A stretch of DNA of 24,000 nucleotides from the NCBI RefSeq assembly GCF_023161965.1, contig NZ_JALNTY010000002.1, forward strand, positions 188,552-212,551. The letters run 5' to 3'. This stretch comes from Anaerosoma tenue. Its GTDB lineage: Bacteria > Actinomycetota > Coriobacteriia > Anaerosomatales > Anaerosomataceae. Every line of letters starts with the position of its first letter. The stretch's first letter is position 1. Positions 1-9,083 of this stretch are shown piece by piece. The notes under the pieces were generated by a model that was given only the letters and a program-made list of their open reading frames with translations, was not told the origin of the DNA and searched no databases. Made by a program: the position numbers and the translations under genes.

Positions 1-899
1 ACGCCCTTGGAACGGATGAGTCGCACCACCTGCTCGATCTTGGTGAGGAGCGCGTCGGGAGCGTCGTCGAAGAGCATGTGCGCTTCGTCGAAGAAGAACA
101 CCAGCTTGGGCTTGGGGAGGTCCCCCGCCTCGGGCAGCCGCTCGAAGAGCTCCGAGAGCAGCCACAGCAGCATCGTGGAGTAGAGGCGCGGCGAGCTCAT
201 CAGCCGGTCGGCGGCGAGGATGTTCACGATGCCCTTGCCGTTGCTGTCGGTCTGGATGAAGTCGAAGAGGTCGAGCGCAGGCTCACCGAAGAAGCGGTCA
301 CCGCCCTGCTCCTCGAGCGTGAGCAGCGCGCGCTGGATGGCGCCCACGCTCGCCGGGGAGATGTTGCCGTACGTGGTGCCGATCTCGCGGGCGTTGTCGG
401 CAACGTACTTGAGCATCGCCCGCAGGTCCTTGATGTCGAGCAGCAACAGACCGTTCTCGTCGGCCACGCGGAAGGTGACGGTGAGCACGGCCTCCTGGAT
501 GTCGTTCAGGTTGAGCATCCTGCCGAGGAGCAGCGGCCCCACCTCGGAGACGGTCGTGCGCACGGGGTGTCCCTGCTCGCCGAAGACGTCCCAGAACGTC
601 ACCGGGGAGCCGTGGAAGCCCCAGGTGTCGGTGAGTCCGAGCAGTTCGAGACGCTCGGTCACCTTCTTGTGGTCGCCGCCCGCCTGCGAGATGCCCGAGA
701 GGTCGCCCTTCATGTCGGCGGCGAACACCGGCACGCCGATCGACGAGAACGACTCGGCGAGCACCTGAAGGGTCACCGTCTTACCCGTGCCGGTGGCCCC
801 GGCCACAAGACCGTGCCGGTTGGCCATCGCGGGGAGCAGGCGGACCTCCTCATCGGCGGTGTTCTTGCCGAGGAGCAATCCGGGTAGCGGCTCAGACAT
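1..899 (-). CDS. HerA-like helicase / DUF853 (YjgR-type) P-loop ATPase, N-terminal ~299 codons; the 3' end lies beyond position 1
   Basis: Not in the ORF track because it runs off the window. Hand translation of the minus strand from ATG (complement of 897..899) gives [69 protein letters not shown]...[23 protein letters not shown]. It carries Walker A GATGTGKT and Walker B-like [18 protein letters not shown] (complement of 906..913) sits 6 nt upstream. The plus-strand ORF 78..887 is its antisense shadow. Confidence 0.85.
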   Translation of the reverse strand, partial: MSEPLPGLLLGKNTADEEVRLLPAMANRHGLVAGATGTGKTVTLQVLAESFSSIGVPVFAADMKGDLSGISQAGGDHKKVTERLELLGLTDTWGFHGSPVTFWDVFGEQGHPVRTTVSEVGPLLLGRMLNLNDIQEAVLTVTFRVADENGLLLLDIKDLRAMLKYVADNAREIGTTYGNISPASVGAIQRALLTLEEQGGDRFFGEPALDLFDFIQTDSNGKGIVNILAADRLMSSPRLYSTMLLWLLSELFERLPEAGDLPKPKLVFFFDEAHMLFDDAPDALLTKIEQVVRLIRSKG

Positions 900-1038
900 G
901 CGGGACCCCTTTCGGATCGGGCGCGGACGCACAGCGCCGGCGCAACAGCGTCCATTCGTCAGTATCCCCCATGGGAGCGACAGGCGCACATCACCGCCCA
1001 TCAGGGCCGCTCAGACCGGGTGCGGAGGACCCATACGC

Positions 1039-1044
1039 TATAAT
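1039..1044 (+). promoter_or_regulatory. Perfect TATAAT -10 hexamer, candidate ablA promoter (would give a ~200-nt leader)
   Basis: cgcTATAATcgagagg lies in the 357-bp divergent intergenic region. There is no convincing -35 (ccgggt at 1016..1021). It stands out only because AT hexamers are rare in this GC-rich DNA. Confidence 0.3.
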
Positions 1045-1189
1045 CGAGAGGTCCGGAACGCGACCCGCGCTACCCAGGCGCTCGAATACCCGAGCGCAGG
1101 AACGGTGTCGTCGGAGCCCCCTTGCGGCCTTCCGCACCGTCCCCCTGACCAGGCTTCGCCGCGCGACATGCCGACCCACTCTGCAGCAC

Positions 1190-1223
1190 ACGCGTAGCGC
1201 GCGCACACTGCGCGAGGACGCGT
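1190..1223 (+). promoter_or_regulatory. Composite GC-rich hairpin in the putative ablA leader, 17 nt upstream of the SD
   Basis: ACGCGT-ag-cg-CGCGCA-cac-TGCGCG-agg-ACGCGT: outer 6-bp and inner 6-bp complementary arms. A second 7-bp hairpin GCGCTCG-aatacc-CGAGCGC lies at 1078..1097. SD AGGAGG is at 1241..1246. Confidence 0.3.
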
Positions 1224-1256
1224 CAGCCAACGATCAACACAGGAGGCTCTATCGAT

Positions 1257-2567
1257 ATGCGCCCATCAGACACACAGCTCTCAACAGCCGGATCGAGCAC
1301 GCGGGAGAACGACCCTCAGTGGCAAGACTGGCGCTGGCAGCTGCGTGCCTCGATAACGACGCTCGAAGAGGTGGAGGAGTACCTCGGCCATCGGTTCGGC
1401 TCTGCCGAGCGCACCCTGCTCGAGCAGACGCTTGAGCGGTTCCCCCTCTCGATAACCCCCTATTACCTGTCTCTCGTGGACAAGGACGACTACAAGAACG
1501 ACCCCGTCTTCAAGCAGGCGTTCCCCTCTCCCGACGAGCTGATCATCCAGGACTGCGACATGGCTGATCCACTTGCCGAGGACACCGACAGCCCCGTGCC
1601 CCTGATCACGCATCGCTATCCCGACCGGGTGCTCTTCAGGGTGAGCAACACGTGCTCCATGTACTGCCGTCACTGCACGCGGAAGCGCACCGTGGGTGAT
1701 ATCGACAGCATCCCCGAGCCCGACGAGATCGAAGCCGCGCTCGACTACATCCGCTCCACGCCAGCGGTGCGCGACGTGCTGCTGTCCGGCGGCGACCCGC
1801 TCATGATGAGCGACGAGCGGCTCGACGACCTCCTGAGTGCGCTCGACGACATCGAGCACGTGGAAGTGGTGCGTCTCGGCACGCGTATGCCGGCCGTGCT
1901 TCCGTATCGCATCACCGACGAGCTGTGCTCGATGCTGCGCAGGCACCAGCCGCTGTGGGTCAACACGCACTTCAACCACCCGAAGGAGTTGACGCCTGAT
2001 GCGGAAGCCGCGCTCAGCCGTCTTGCCGACGCCGGCATCCCGCTCGGGAACCAGTCGGTGCTGCTCGCGGGTGTGAACGATTGCACGCGCATCATGCGCA
2101 GGCTCGTCCAGCGTCTTGTGGCCAACCGTGTGCGCCCGTACTACCTCTACCAGTGCGACCTGTCCGAGGGCCTGTCCCACTTCCGGACGCCGGTGAGCAA
2201 GGGCATCGAGATCATCGAGAGCCTCGTGGGCCACACGAGCGGCTTTGCCGTTCCCACGTACGTGGTCGACGCCCCGCACGGCGGCGGCAAGATCCCGGTG
2301 ATGCCGAGCTACCTGATCTCATCGGCTCCCGACCGGGTGATCCTCCGCAACTACGAAGGCGTCATCTGCACCTACGTAGAGCCTGCCTCCTACGACCGGT
2401 CGCTCTGCAACTGGCGCTGTGACGACTGCGAGCGCAGCGCGCCGAGCGCGCCGGCGTCGGCCGCCTGCGGTGTTGCCGGACTCATGCGATCGAACGAGGA
2501 GATCACCTCGCTCACCCCGGGAAACACGCATCGTCTGCAGCGGCGGGACGACGACTCTGATGAGTGA
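1257..2567 (+). CDS. ablA: Lysine 2,3-aminomutase (radical SAM, PLP-dependent)
   Basis: 436-aa ORF. Radical-SAM motif [12 protein letters not shown], family signatures [28 protein letters not shown] and [15 protein letters not shown], and a C-terminal Cys cluster [16 protein letters not shown] lies 10 nt upstream. Called ablA rather than kamA because an ablB-type acetyltransferase follows and overlaps it. Confidence 0.93.
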   Translation: MRPSDTQLSTAGSSTRENDPQWQDWRWQLRASITTLEEVEEYLGHRFGSAERTLLEQTLERFPLSITPYYLSLVDKDDYKNDPVFKQAFPSPDELIIQDCDMADPLAEDTDSPVPLITHRYPDRVLFRVSNTCSMYCRHCTRKRTVGDIDSIPEPDEIEAALDYIRSTPAVRDVLLSGGDPLMMSDERLDDLLSALDDIEHVEVVRLGTRMPAVLPYRITDELCSMLRRHQPLWVNTHFNHPKELTPDAEAALSRLADAGIPLGNQSVLLAGVNDCTRIMRRLVQRLVANRVRPYYLYQCDLSEGLSHFRTPVSKGIEIIESLVGHTSGFAVPTYVVDAPHGGGKIPVMPSYLISSAPDRVILRNYEGVICTYVEPASYDRSLCNWRCDDCERSAPSAPASAACGVAGLMRSNEEITSLTPGNTHRLQRRDDDSDE

Positions 2568-3453
2568 CATGGCGGTCACAGCTGTGACCCCGCACGCTGA
2601 GACGCAGCTCGACCGGACGGAGCGCATCGGCGATACGGTCGTGCAGCACGGCCACCTGAGCGACCGCGTATACCTCCTCAAGACCGGGGAGAGCGCGGCG
2701 GGCGATGTGGCGCTGATGGAACGCCTGGCGGGTGAGCACGGATACTCCAAGCTGTTCGCCAAGGTGTCCGAGGACCGCGTGCAGCCCTTCCTGGTCGCCG
2801 GATTCCACGTTGAAGCGCGGGTACCCGGCGGTGCGGGAGAGCACGACCTCGTGTTCTGTTCGCGGTTCCTCTCGCGCGAGCGCGCGATCGAACGGTTCCC
2901 GGACGAGGTTGCACGAACGGCCGATGCGGCGGCACTAACGGGGGCGCTACCCCGGCCTGCGCCGGCTCCCGCCCTGCCGGCGGGTCTCCAGCGATCTTGC
3001 GTGGCCACACCGGCGGATGCGGAGGCGCTTGCCGCACTCTACGGAGACGTCTTCGCCAGCTACCCGTTCCCGATACACGACCCGCGGTTCGTGCGCGACT
3101 CGATGAGCGACGGGACCGTCTACCTGCTGATACGTGATGAGGTGTCCGACCAGATCGTCGCCGCTGCGTCGGCAGAACCCTCGGGCCATCCCCACACGTG
3201 CGAGATGACCGACTTCGCCACCGTGCCCGAGAGGCGTGGTCTCGGCCTGGCGAGCGTGCTGCTCCACGAGCTGGACGTCCACGCCGCGAACGCTGGCAAA
3301 CACGTGGCGTACACCATCGCTCGAGCAACGTCGGTGGGGATGAACAGGGTGTTCGCCCGCCAGGGCTACGCGCACGCGGGAACGCTCGTGAACAACACCA
3401 ACATCGCCGGTCGCATCGAGAGCATGCACGTCTGGTATCGGTCACTGGTCTAG
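2560..3453 (+). CDS. ablB: Beta-lysine N6-acetyltransferase (GNAT, AblB type)
   Basis: Frame of ORF 2419..3453. I place the start at ATG 2560, overlapping the ablA stop (ATGAGTGA, 8-nt overlap); ATG 2569 is an alternative. The N-terminal [21 protein letters not shown] resembles the AblB family signature. GNAT motif A is [14 protein letters not shown], followed by a C-terminal GNAT core. Confidence 0.82.
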   Translation: MSDMAVTAVTPHAETQLDRTERIGDTVVQHGHLSDRVYLLKTGESAAGDVALMERLAGEHGYSKLFAKVSEDRVQPFLVAGFHVEARVPGGAGEHDLVFCSRFLSRERAIERFPDEVARTADAAALTGALPRPAPAPALPAGLQRSCVATPADAEALAALYGDVFASYPFPIHDPRFVRDSMSDGTVYLLIRDEVSDQIVAAASAEPSGHPHTCEMTDFATVPERRGLGLASVLLHELDVHAANAGKHVAYTIARATSVGMNRVFARQGYAHAGTLVNNTNIAGRIESMHVWYRSLV

Positions 3454-3478
3454 CGGGCTGCCCGCGCTGCCAGACGCC

Positions 3479-3510
3479 GAAGGGGTCCGCATCGTGCCGC
3501 GGACCCCTTC
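3479..3510. terminator. Bidirectional intrinsic-type hairpin between convergent ablB and catalase
   Basis: Perfect 12-bp inverted repeat GAAGGGGTCCGC-atcgtgcc-GCGGACCCCTTC. It has no U-tract, which is common in high-GC Gram-positives. Confidence 0.55.
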
Positions 3511-3553
3511 GCGTGAGCGCATGAGGCAGACCGGCCGCCCCTGAATCCACGCG

Positions 3554-5014
3554 CTACATCTCGACGTCGCTCATGGGGATGCCGAGCGCCGCAGCGACAC
3601 CCTCGCCGTAGGCGGGGTCGGCCTTGTAGCAGTTGCCGATGTGGCGCGTCTTGATCATCTTCGGCGCATCGCCCATGTTCCGCGCGGTGTTCTCAAAGAG
3701 ACGCTGCTGCTCATCGGCGGTCATGAGCCGGAAGAGCTTGCCCGGCTGCTCGTAGTAGTTGTCGTCGTCCTCGCGGAAGTCCCAGATGTCGGCCGCGCCT
3801 TCGATGGGAAGCGGCGGGTTCTTGTACTCCGGCTGTCCCTGCCATGCGTCGTAGCTGTTGGGCTCGTAGCCGGGCGTGGACCCGTAGTTGTCGTCAACAC
3901 GCATCTGGCCGTCGCGGCTGTAGCCGTGCACGGGGCAGCGGGCGGCGTTCACCGGGATGAGGTGGTGGTTCGTGCCGAGGCGATACCGCTGCGCGTCGCC
4001 GTAGCTGAAGAGACGACCCTGCAGCATCTTGTCGGGCGAGAAGCTGATGCCCGGCACCACGTTGGCGGGGTTGAACGCGGCCTGCTCCACATCCACGAAG
4101 TAGTTCTCCGGGTTGCGGTTGAGCTCCATCACGCCCACCTCGATCAGCGGGTAATCACCGTGGTACCACACCTTCGTGAGGTCGAACGGGTTGTACGGCA
4201 TCTTGGCCGCGTCCGCCTCGGGCATGACCTGGATCTTGAGCGTCCAGCGCGGATACTCGCCGCGATCGATCGCCTCGAGCAGATCGCGCTGGTGGCTCTC
4301 ACGGTCGCTTGCCACGATATCGGCGGCCTCGGCATCGGTGAGGTACTCGATCCCCTGCTCACATACCCAGTGGAACTTCACCCACACGCGCTCGTCCTGC
4401 GCGTTGATCATGGAGAAGGTGTGGCTGCCATATCCGTTCATGTGCCGGTAGCTCTTAGGGATGCCGCGGTCGCTCATCGTGATGGTGACCTGGTGGAGCG
4501 CCTCCGGCAGCAGCGTCCAGAAGTCCCAGTTGTTCTGCGCCGAGCGGAGGTTGGAGCGCGGGTCGCGCTTCACCGCGCGGTTGAGGTCGGGGAAGTTGTG
4601 CGGGTCCCGCAGGAAGAACACGGGCGTGTTGTTGCCCACGAGGTCCCAGTTGCCTTCCTCGGTGTAGAACTTCACCGCGAAGCCACGGATATCACGCTCA
4701 GCGTCGGCCGCGCCGCGCTCGCCGGCCACCGTCGAGAAGCGCACGAAGAGGTCGGTCTTCTTGCCGACTTCCGAGAAGACCTTGGCTTTCGTGTACTGCG
4801 TGATGTCGCCTGTGACTGTGAACGTGCCGAACGCGCCCGAGCCCTTTGCGTGCATCCGGCGCTCCGGGATGACCTCACGGTCGAAGTGCGCGAGCTTCTC
4901 CAGGTACCACACGTCCTGGAGAAGCATCGGCCCGCGCGGGCCGGCGGTCATCGCGTTCTGGTTGTCCGGGACCGGGATCCCAAAGTTCGTGGTGAGCTTC
5001 TTGTGCTCGCCCAT
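3554..5014 (-). CDS. katA: Monofunctional heme catalase (small-subunit type, 486 aa)
   Basis: Frame of ORF 3554..5233. Start moved to ATG (complement of 5012..5014), preceded by SD GGAGAGGAG 7 nt upstream. Sequence [63 protein letters not shown] contains the distal His motif, and [14 protein letters not shown] the proximal Tyr motif. Confidence 0.95.
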   Translation of the reverse strand: MGEHKKLTTNFGIPVPDNQNAMTAGPRGPMLLQDVWYLEKLAHFDREVIPERRMHAKGSGAFGTFTVTGDITQYTKAKVFSEVGKKTDLFVRFSTVAGERGAADAERDIRGFAVKFYTEEGNWDLVGNNTPVFFLRDPHNFPDLNRAVKRDPRSNLRSAQNNWDFWTLLPEALHQVTITMSDRGIPKSYRHMNGYGSHTFSMINAQDERVWVKFHWVCEQGIEYLTDAEAADIVASDRESHQRDLLEAIDRGEYPRWTLKIQVMPEADAAKMPYNPFDLTKVWYHGDYPLIEVGVMELNRNPENYFVDVEQAAFNPANVVPGISFSPDKMLQGRLFSYGDAQRYRLGTNHHLIPVNAARCPVHGYSRDGQMRVDDNYGSTPGYEPNSYDAWQGQPEYKNPPLPIEGAADIWDFREDDDNYYEQPGKLFRLMTADEQQRLFENTARNMGDAPKMIKTRHIGNCYKADPAYGEGVAAALGIPMSDVEM

Positions 5015-5078
5015 GTGCACACTCCTCTCCGGCGGCCGCTCGCACCACCGGGTCTCGTCCGACATCGTCCTATGGAAG

Positions 5079-5124
5079 GTTCCTGCCCAATGCGGCCCGG
5101 GCACAGCGGCCGCTCGGCAGGAAC
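5079..5124. promoter_or_regulatory. Interrupted 15-bp inverted repeat in the catalase / speE-like divergent intergenic region (candidate operator or RNA structure)
   Basis: GTTCCTGCC(5079..5087)-caat-GCGGCC-cgggcacagc-GGCCGC-tc-GGCAGGAAC(5116..5124). In addition, the 11-bp direct repeat GCGGCCGCTCG occurs at 5032..5042 and 5106..5116. Confidence 0.3.
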
Positions 5125-5192
5125 ACGCATCTGCAACGCAGAAGCCTGCATCTGGCACACTGTTCACAACCAACCCGCCGAAAGGGGCGCGT

Positions 5193-6752
5193 GTGCTCAG
5201 GTTCATCGTGTTCGGGTGCGGTGCGGCCCTCATGGGGCTCGAGATGGTGGCGGCCCGCGTGCTCGCCCCCTACCTCGGCAACTCCATCTATGTGTGGGGC
5301 GCGGTGATCTCGGTGGTGATGATCGCGCTCTCGATGGGCTACGCGCTGGGCGGTCAGCTGGCCGACCGCTTTGGCGCGGCGCGGTCGCTACCGCCCGTGA
5401 TCGCCGCAGCCGGGATCGCCACCGCAGCCGCCCCGCTGGTGGCCGAGGCGGTCCTGCCTTGGGCCGCGAACCTCGGTCCACGCCTCGGCTCGCTCGCAGC
5501 CGCCACCGCCATCTACTTCATCCCCTCGATCCTGCTCGCTATGGTCTCTCCGCTCGGTGTGCGCCTGGCCGCGCGCGAGGGCATGGCGCATCTGGGCAGG
5601 TCCACGGGCAACCTCTACGCCGTGTCCACCGGCGGCAGCATCGCGGGAACGCTCGCCACCTCGTTCTGGCTCATCCCCATGCTCTCGCTCGAGCCGCTCG
5701 TGACGTGGACCGGCATCAGTCTGCTGGCCATGGCGCTCCTGGCCCTCGCCCTGAAGCCTGAGACCATGGTGGGGACCATCTCGCCGCTCTCGGCACGCCT
5801 GGCCAAGGTCGTGGTACCCGGCACGCTGGTGCTGGCGGTCGCGGGCGTTGCGCTCTCGGGCATGGTGCTGCTGCGCTACTCGGAGATCCCCGAGATGAAC
5901 GAGCACGGCGAGACGGTCCTCTTCCAGGCCGACACGCAGTACCACCGGATCACGGTGACCGAGGGCGACGGGGCGCGGCACCTGCGCTTCGACCGCTCGC
6001 ACCAAAGCGCGATCTCGCTCGAAGACCCGTTCGAGAGCCGCATCCGGTATCCCGACTACATGCACCTTGCGCTCGCGCTGCACCCCGAGCCGGAACGCGT
6101 GCTGGTGCTCGGCCTGGGCGGCGGGGCGATCACCAAGCGCTACTGGCGCGACTACCCCGGCGTGATGGTGGACTCGGTGGAGATCGACCCGGTGGTGGTG
6201 GACGTGGCGCGGGACTACTTCTCGCTGCCCGAGGACGAACGCACCCGCGTGTTCACCCAGGACGCGCGCCGGTTCGTGCAGGAGAGTGACGACGTCTACG
6301 ACATCGTGATCGTGGACGCGTACTACTCCGACTCGCTGCCGTTCCACCTCACCACCGACGAGTTCCTGCGCGAGGTAAAAGCGGTGATGGCGCCGGACGG
6401 CGTGCTCGCGTACAACGTGATATCGGCGCCGGAGGGCGAGAAGAGCGACCTGTTCCGCAGCATGTACCGGACGGCCCGGGGGGTGTGGGGCGACCTGTGG
6501 GTGTTCCCCATCGGCCTGGGCGAGGACGGCAACACCCTCGCGCTCCGCAACATCATCGTGCTTGCCACCGACGCGCCGGTTACCGAGCAGGAGCTGCGCA
6601 CGGCCATCTCCTCACGCGTGGACGGCAGGGTCACCATCAACGGGTTCGCCGAGATGGGCAACGACCTCTACACCGCGCCGGTCGCCGTGAGCGACGTGCC
6701 GTTGCTCACCGACGCCCACGCACCCACCGACTCGCTCATCAAGGTGCAGTGA
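5193..6752 (+). CDS. Fused polytopic membrane domain / spermidine-synthase-like aminopropyltransferase (519 aa)
   Basis: Frame of ORF 4761..6752. Start placed at GTG 5193, 5 nt after SD GAAAGGGG (5180..5187); the upstream extension is antisense to catalase. The N-terminal ~200 aa are hydrophobic helices ([21 protein letters not shown]..., [17 protein letters not shown]...). The C-terminal class I SAM fold has [28 protein letters not shown] and YDIVIVDAY. Confidence 0.85.
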   Translation: MLRFIVFGCGAALMGLEMVAARVLAPYLGNSIYVWGAVISVVMIALSMGYALGGQLADRFGAARSLPPVIAAAGIATAAAPLVAEAVLPWAANLGPRLGSLAAATAIYFIPSILLAMVSPLGVRLAAREGMAHLGRSTGNLYAVSTGGSIAGTLATSFWLIPMLSLEPLVTWTGISLLAMALLALALKPETMVGTISPLSARLAKVVVPGTLVLAVAGVALSGMVLLRYSEIPEMNEHGETVLFQADTQYHRITVTEGDGARHLRFDRSHQSAISLEDPFESRIRYPDYMHLALALHPEPERVLVLGLGGGAITKRYWRDYPGVMVDSVEIDPVVVDVARDYFSLPEDERTRVFTQDARRFVQESDDVYDIVIVDAYYSDSLPFHLTTDEFLREVKAVMAPDGVLAYNVISAPEGEKSDLFRSMYRTARGVWGDLWVFPIGLGEDGNTLALRNIIVLATDAPVTEQELRTAISSRVDGRVTINGFAEMGNDLYTAPVAVSDVPLLTDAHAPTDSLIKVQ

Positions 6753-6758
6753 CGGCGG

Positions 6759-7586
6759 CTACCCCACCGGCTTGCGCGCCGTGAGCGTGAAGGTGAGCGG
6801 GAGCTCCGGCATGTCGTCGGGCAGGCCGAAGAGGCCGTCCTCGCGCTCCACCATCCCCGGCGTGTACTGCCACGCGATGAGCGGGAACTCGCGCACCTCC
6901 TCGATCACGAGCCCGGCGCGCACGAGCGAGCCGATGATCTCCTCGAAGGTGTGCTGCCACGAGTGCGACGTGCCGACGACCTCATCGATAGGCGCCGCAT
7001 AGCTGCCGCGCTCCTCCCACTCGAGCGCGTCGCGGCCGAAGTACGAGTACTTGATGCGGAGCTCGGGATCCTCGGCCTCATCGTCGAAGATCCACAGGGT
7101 GGGGTGCATCTCGGCGATCTTGAACACGCCGCCGGGCGCGAGACGGCTGGCGATCGTCCGCGCCCACGGCTCGAGATCCGGCAGCCACGAGATCACGCCC
7201 CACGAGGTGAAGACCAGGTCGAAGGCGTTCTCCGGGAGCTCGGCCGGCGGCTCGAGCACGTTGCCCTCGATGAAGGTGGCCGGGATGCCCGAACGTGCCG
7301 AGAGGTCGCGCGCCGCCTCGACCGCCGCCGACGAGAAGTCGAGCCCGGTGGCCTCCGCGCCGAGGCGCACCAGCCGGAGCGTGTCCATGCCGAAGTGACA
7401 CTGCAGGTGGAGCGCCCGCTGACCGGAGAGGTCATCGCCAACGAGGCCCGAGACGATCGAGTCGTACGGGCTCGAGTCGGGATCGGCGATGAAGCCCTCG
7501 ACGTCGTAGAAGTCCGAAGGGACGTGCAGCGCCGTCCATCGCTGCCAGATGGCGTGGTTGGCGGCGATGCGGGAAGCGGTGTCCAT
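6759..7586 (-). CDS. Class I SAM-dependent methyltransferase (275 aa), substrate unknown
   Basis: Full ORF. SAM motif I-like ALHLQCHFGMDTLRLVRLGAEATGLDFS, then FDLVFTSWGVISWL and APGGVF. SD GAAAGG lies 7 nt upstream of ATG (complement of 7584..7586). Confidence 0.85.
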   Translation of the reverse strand: MDTASRIAANHAIWQRWTALHVPSDFYDVEGFIADPDSSPYDSIVSGLVGDDLSGQRALHLQCHFGMDTLRLVRLGAEATGLDFSSAAVEAARDLSARSGIPATFIEGNVLEPPAELPENAFDLVFTSWGVISWLPDLEPWARTIASRLAPGGVFKIAEMHPTLWIFDDEAEDPELRIKYSYFGRDALEWEERGSYAAPIDEVVGTSHSWQHTFEEIIGSLVRAGLVIEEVREFPLIAWQYTPGMVEREDGLFGLPDDMPELPLTFTLTARKPVG

Positions 7587-7678
7587 GGCGGGGCCTTTCG
7601 GGAGAACGATGACGGGTCGATTATGGCCGAACCCCCTCAGCGCGCACCACTCGACCTGAAGTAGACTCGGATTGATGG

Positions 7679-7707
7679 TTGATCCTTGTCATGAGGATCG
7701 GCTACAC
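7679..7707 (+). promoter_or_regulatory. Candidate sigma-70-type promoter of the methyltransferase gene with an embedded GATC-containing inverted repeat
   Basis: TTGATC (7679..7684), 17 nt, TACACT (7702..7707). The inverted repeat GATCCT(7681..7686)-N7-AGGATC(7694..7699) spans the -35 and spacer. Confidence 0.35.
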
Positions 7708-7744
7708 TCTGAACATACGTTCGATACCGACGGGAAGCGTGTCA

Positions 7745-9055
7745 ATGTCATCTGAACCGCAGTTCAGGGTAGCCGAGTTGTTCGCGGGCGTCGGTGGCTT
7801 CCGCCTCGGCCTGGAGAAGTCGGGGTGGGAAGTCGTCTGGAGCAACCAGTGGGAGCCATCGACGAAGACGCAGCATGCGTCTGACTGCTATGCGAGGCAC
7901 TTCGGTGATGAGGGCCATGTGTGCGACGACATCGCCGAGGTGGTCAAGGGCTCCCAGAACAGCGAAATACCGAACATCGAGCTGCTCGTTGGCGGCTTCC
8001 CTTGTCAGGACTACTCCGTGGCGAAGCCCCTCTCCATGGCCACGGGCATCCAGGGCAAGAAGGGCGTCCTCTGGTGGTCCATTTACGACATGCTCGAGTT
8101 GAAGAGGCCCCCGTTCGTCTTGCTCGAGAACGTGGATCGCCTGCTGAAATCGCCGGCCACCCAGCGCGGACGCGACTTCGCGATCATCCTCTCGTGCCTG
8201 GCGCAACTTGGATACGTTGCAGAATGGCGTGTCGTGAACGCAGCCGACTACGGGTTCCCTCAGCGTCGCCGTCGCGTCTTCTTGTACGCCCACAAGCTCG
8301 ACTACTGCGGATTCCAGTGGCACCCGATCCGCCGCCTCTACAGGGACGGCGTCATGGCCAAGGCTCTTCCGGTCAAGGCGCCAAGCGGCAAACGGCTCGA
8401 GACCTTATCCGCTCCCGAAGCCGACATCCAGCTGGATGCGAACCCGTATGTGGTGAGCGAGACGTTCGGCACTGGCCTCCGTGTCTCACCCTTCGAGAAC
8501 GCCGGTGTGATGATCGAGGGAAGCGTGTGGACCGAGCGGGTGGAACCCAGCTACCGGGGTAAGCGTCACACCCTCGGCCAGGTCGTGGCCAAGACCGATC
8601 ATGTTCCCGAGAGCTTCTACATCGCGCCTGAACGGGTCGAGACATGGGAGTACCTGAAGGGTCCCAAGCGCGAACCCCGTACAGACAAGGTCACCGGACA
8701 TCAGTACTACTACTCCGAAGGTGGGATGTCGTTCCCCGACTCGCTGGACCTACCCTCACGCACGATCCTCACAGGCGAAGGTGGCACTTCAGCCTCCCGC
8801 TTCAAGCATGTGATCCTCGACCCGAAGAACGGGCGGCTACGGAGACTGGTCCCTGAGGAGCTCGAGGAGCTGAACGGCTTCCCGAGGGGTTGGACCGATA
8901 CGGGCATGAGCGACGGGAAGCGTGCATTCATGATGGGGAACGCTCTCGTGGTAGGTGTCGTTGAGCGCATCGGCAAACGGATCATGGATGAGGCCAAGGA
9001 GTGCCTGGACGAGAAGGCGAAGCAGCGTGCCAAGCAAGTTGGGACCGATACCTGA
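7745..9055 (+). CDS. dcm: DNA (cytosine-5)-methyltransferase, M.Sau3AI-like (436 aa)
   Basis: Frame of ORF 7679..9055. Start at ATG 7745, with GGGAAG 7 nt upstream. C5-MTase motifs: I FAGVGGF, IV GGFPCQDYS, VI LLENVDRLL, VIII QRRRRVFLY, X MGNALVVGV. A long variable target-recognition region lies between motifs VIII and IX. Confidence 0.93.
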   Translation: MSSEPQFRVAELFAGVGGFRLGLEKSGWEVVWSNQWEPSTKTQHASDCYARHFGDEGHVCDDIAEVVKGSQNSEIPNIELLVGGFPCQDYSVAKPLSMATGIQGKKGVLWWSIYDMLELKRPPFVLLENVDRLLKSPATQRGRDFAIILSCLAQLGYVAEWRVVNAADYGFPQRRRRVFLYAHKLDYCGFQWHPIRRLYRDGVMAKALPVKAPSGKRLETLSAPEADIQLDANPYVVSETFGTGLRVSPFENAGVMIEGSVWTERVEPSYRGKRHTLGQVVAKTDHVPESFYIAPERVETWEYLKGPKREPRTDKVTGHQYYYSEGGMSFPDSLDLPSRTILTGEGGTSASRFKHVILDPKNGRLRRLVPEELEELNGFPRGWTDTGMSDGKRAFMMGNALVVGVVERIGKRIMDEAKECLDEKAKQRAKQVGTDT

Positions 9056-9083
9056 GCCGACTTCAGCAGCTGTCACGAGGTCG

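Noticed and set aside
78-887. 269-aa plus-strand ORF (and nested 220..768)
   Set aside because: Its composition is Arg/Ala/Glu/Val-rich with low complexity and no motifs. The opposite strand encodes a clean DUF853 ATPase with Walker A/B and an SD, so this is a typical high-GC antisense shadow.
1045-1256. Calling the ablA leader a lysine riboswitch feature
   Set aside because: Only short stretches resemble L-box elements, and I could not assemble the five-helix junction by eye. It is kept as a hypothesis in the findings, not as an annotated ncRNA.
4761-5192. N-terminal extensions of the speE-like ORF (4761..5192), the catalase ORF (5015..5233), the ablB ORF (2419..2559), the dcm ORF (7679..7744) and the cytochrome b ORF (22939..22974)
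   Set aside because: The extensions overlap neighbouring genes or intergenic promoters and lack homology-like sequence. In each case an internal start with a proper SD is available.
3641-5761. 706-aa plus-strand ORF spanning the catalase locus
   Set aside because: It is antisense to an unmistakable catalase and out of frame with the speE-like gene. It has no SD and an R/A/V/G/H-rich sequence, so it is a GC artefact.
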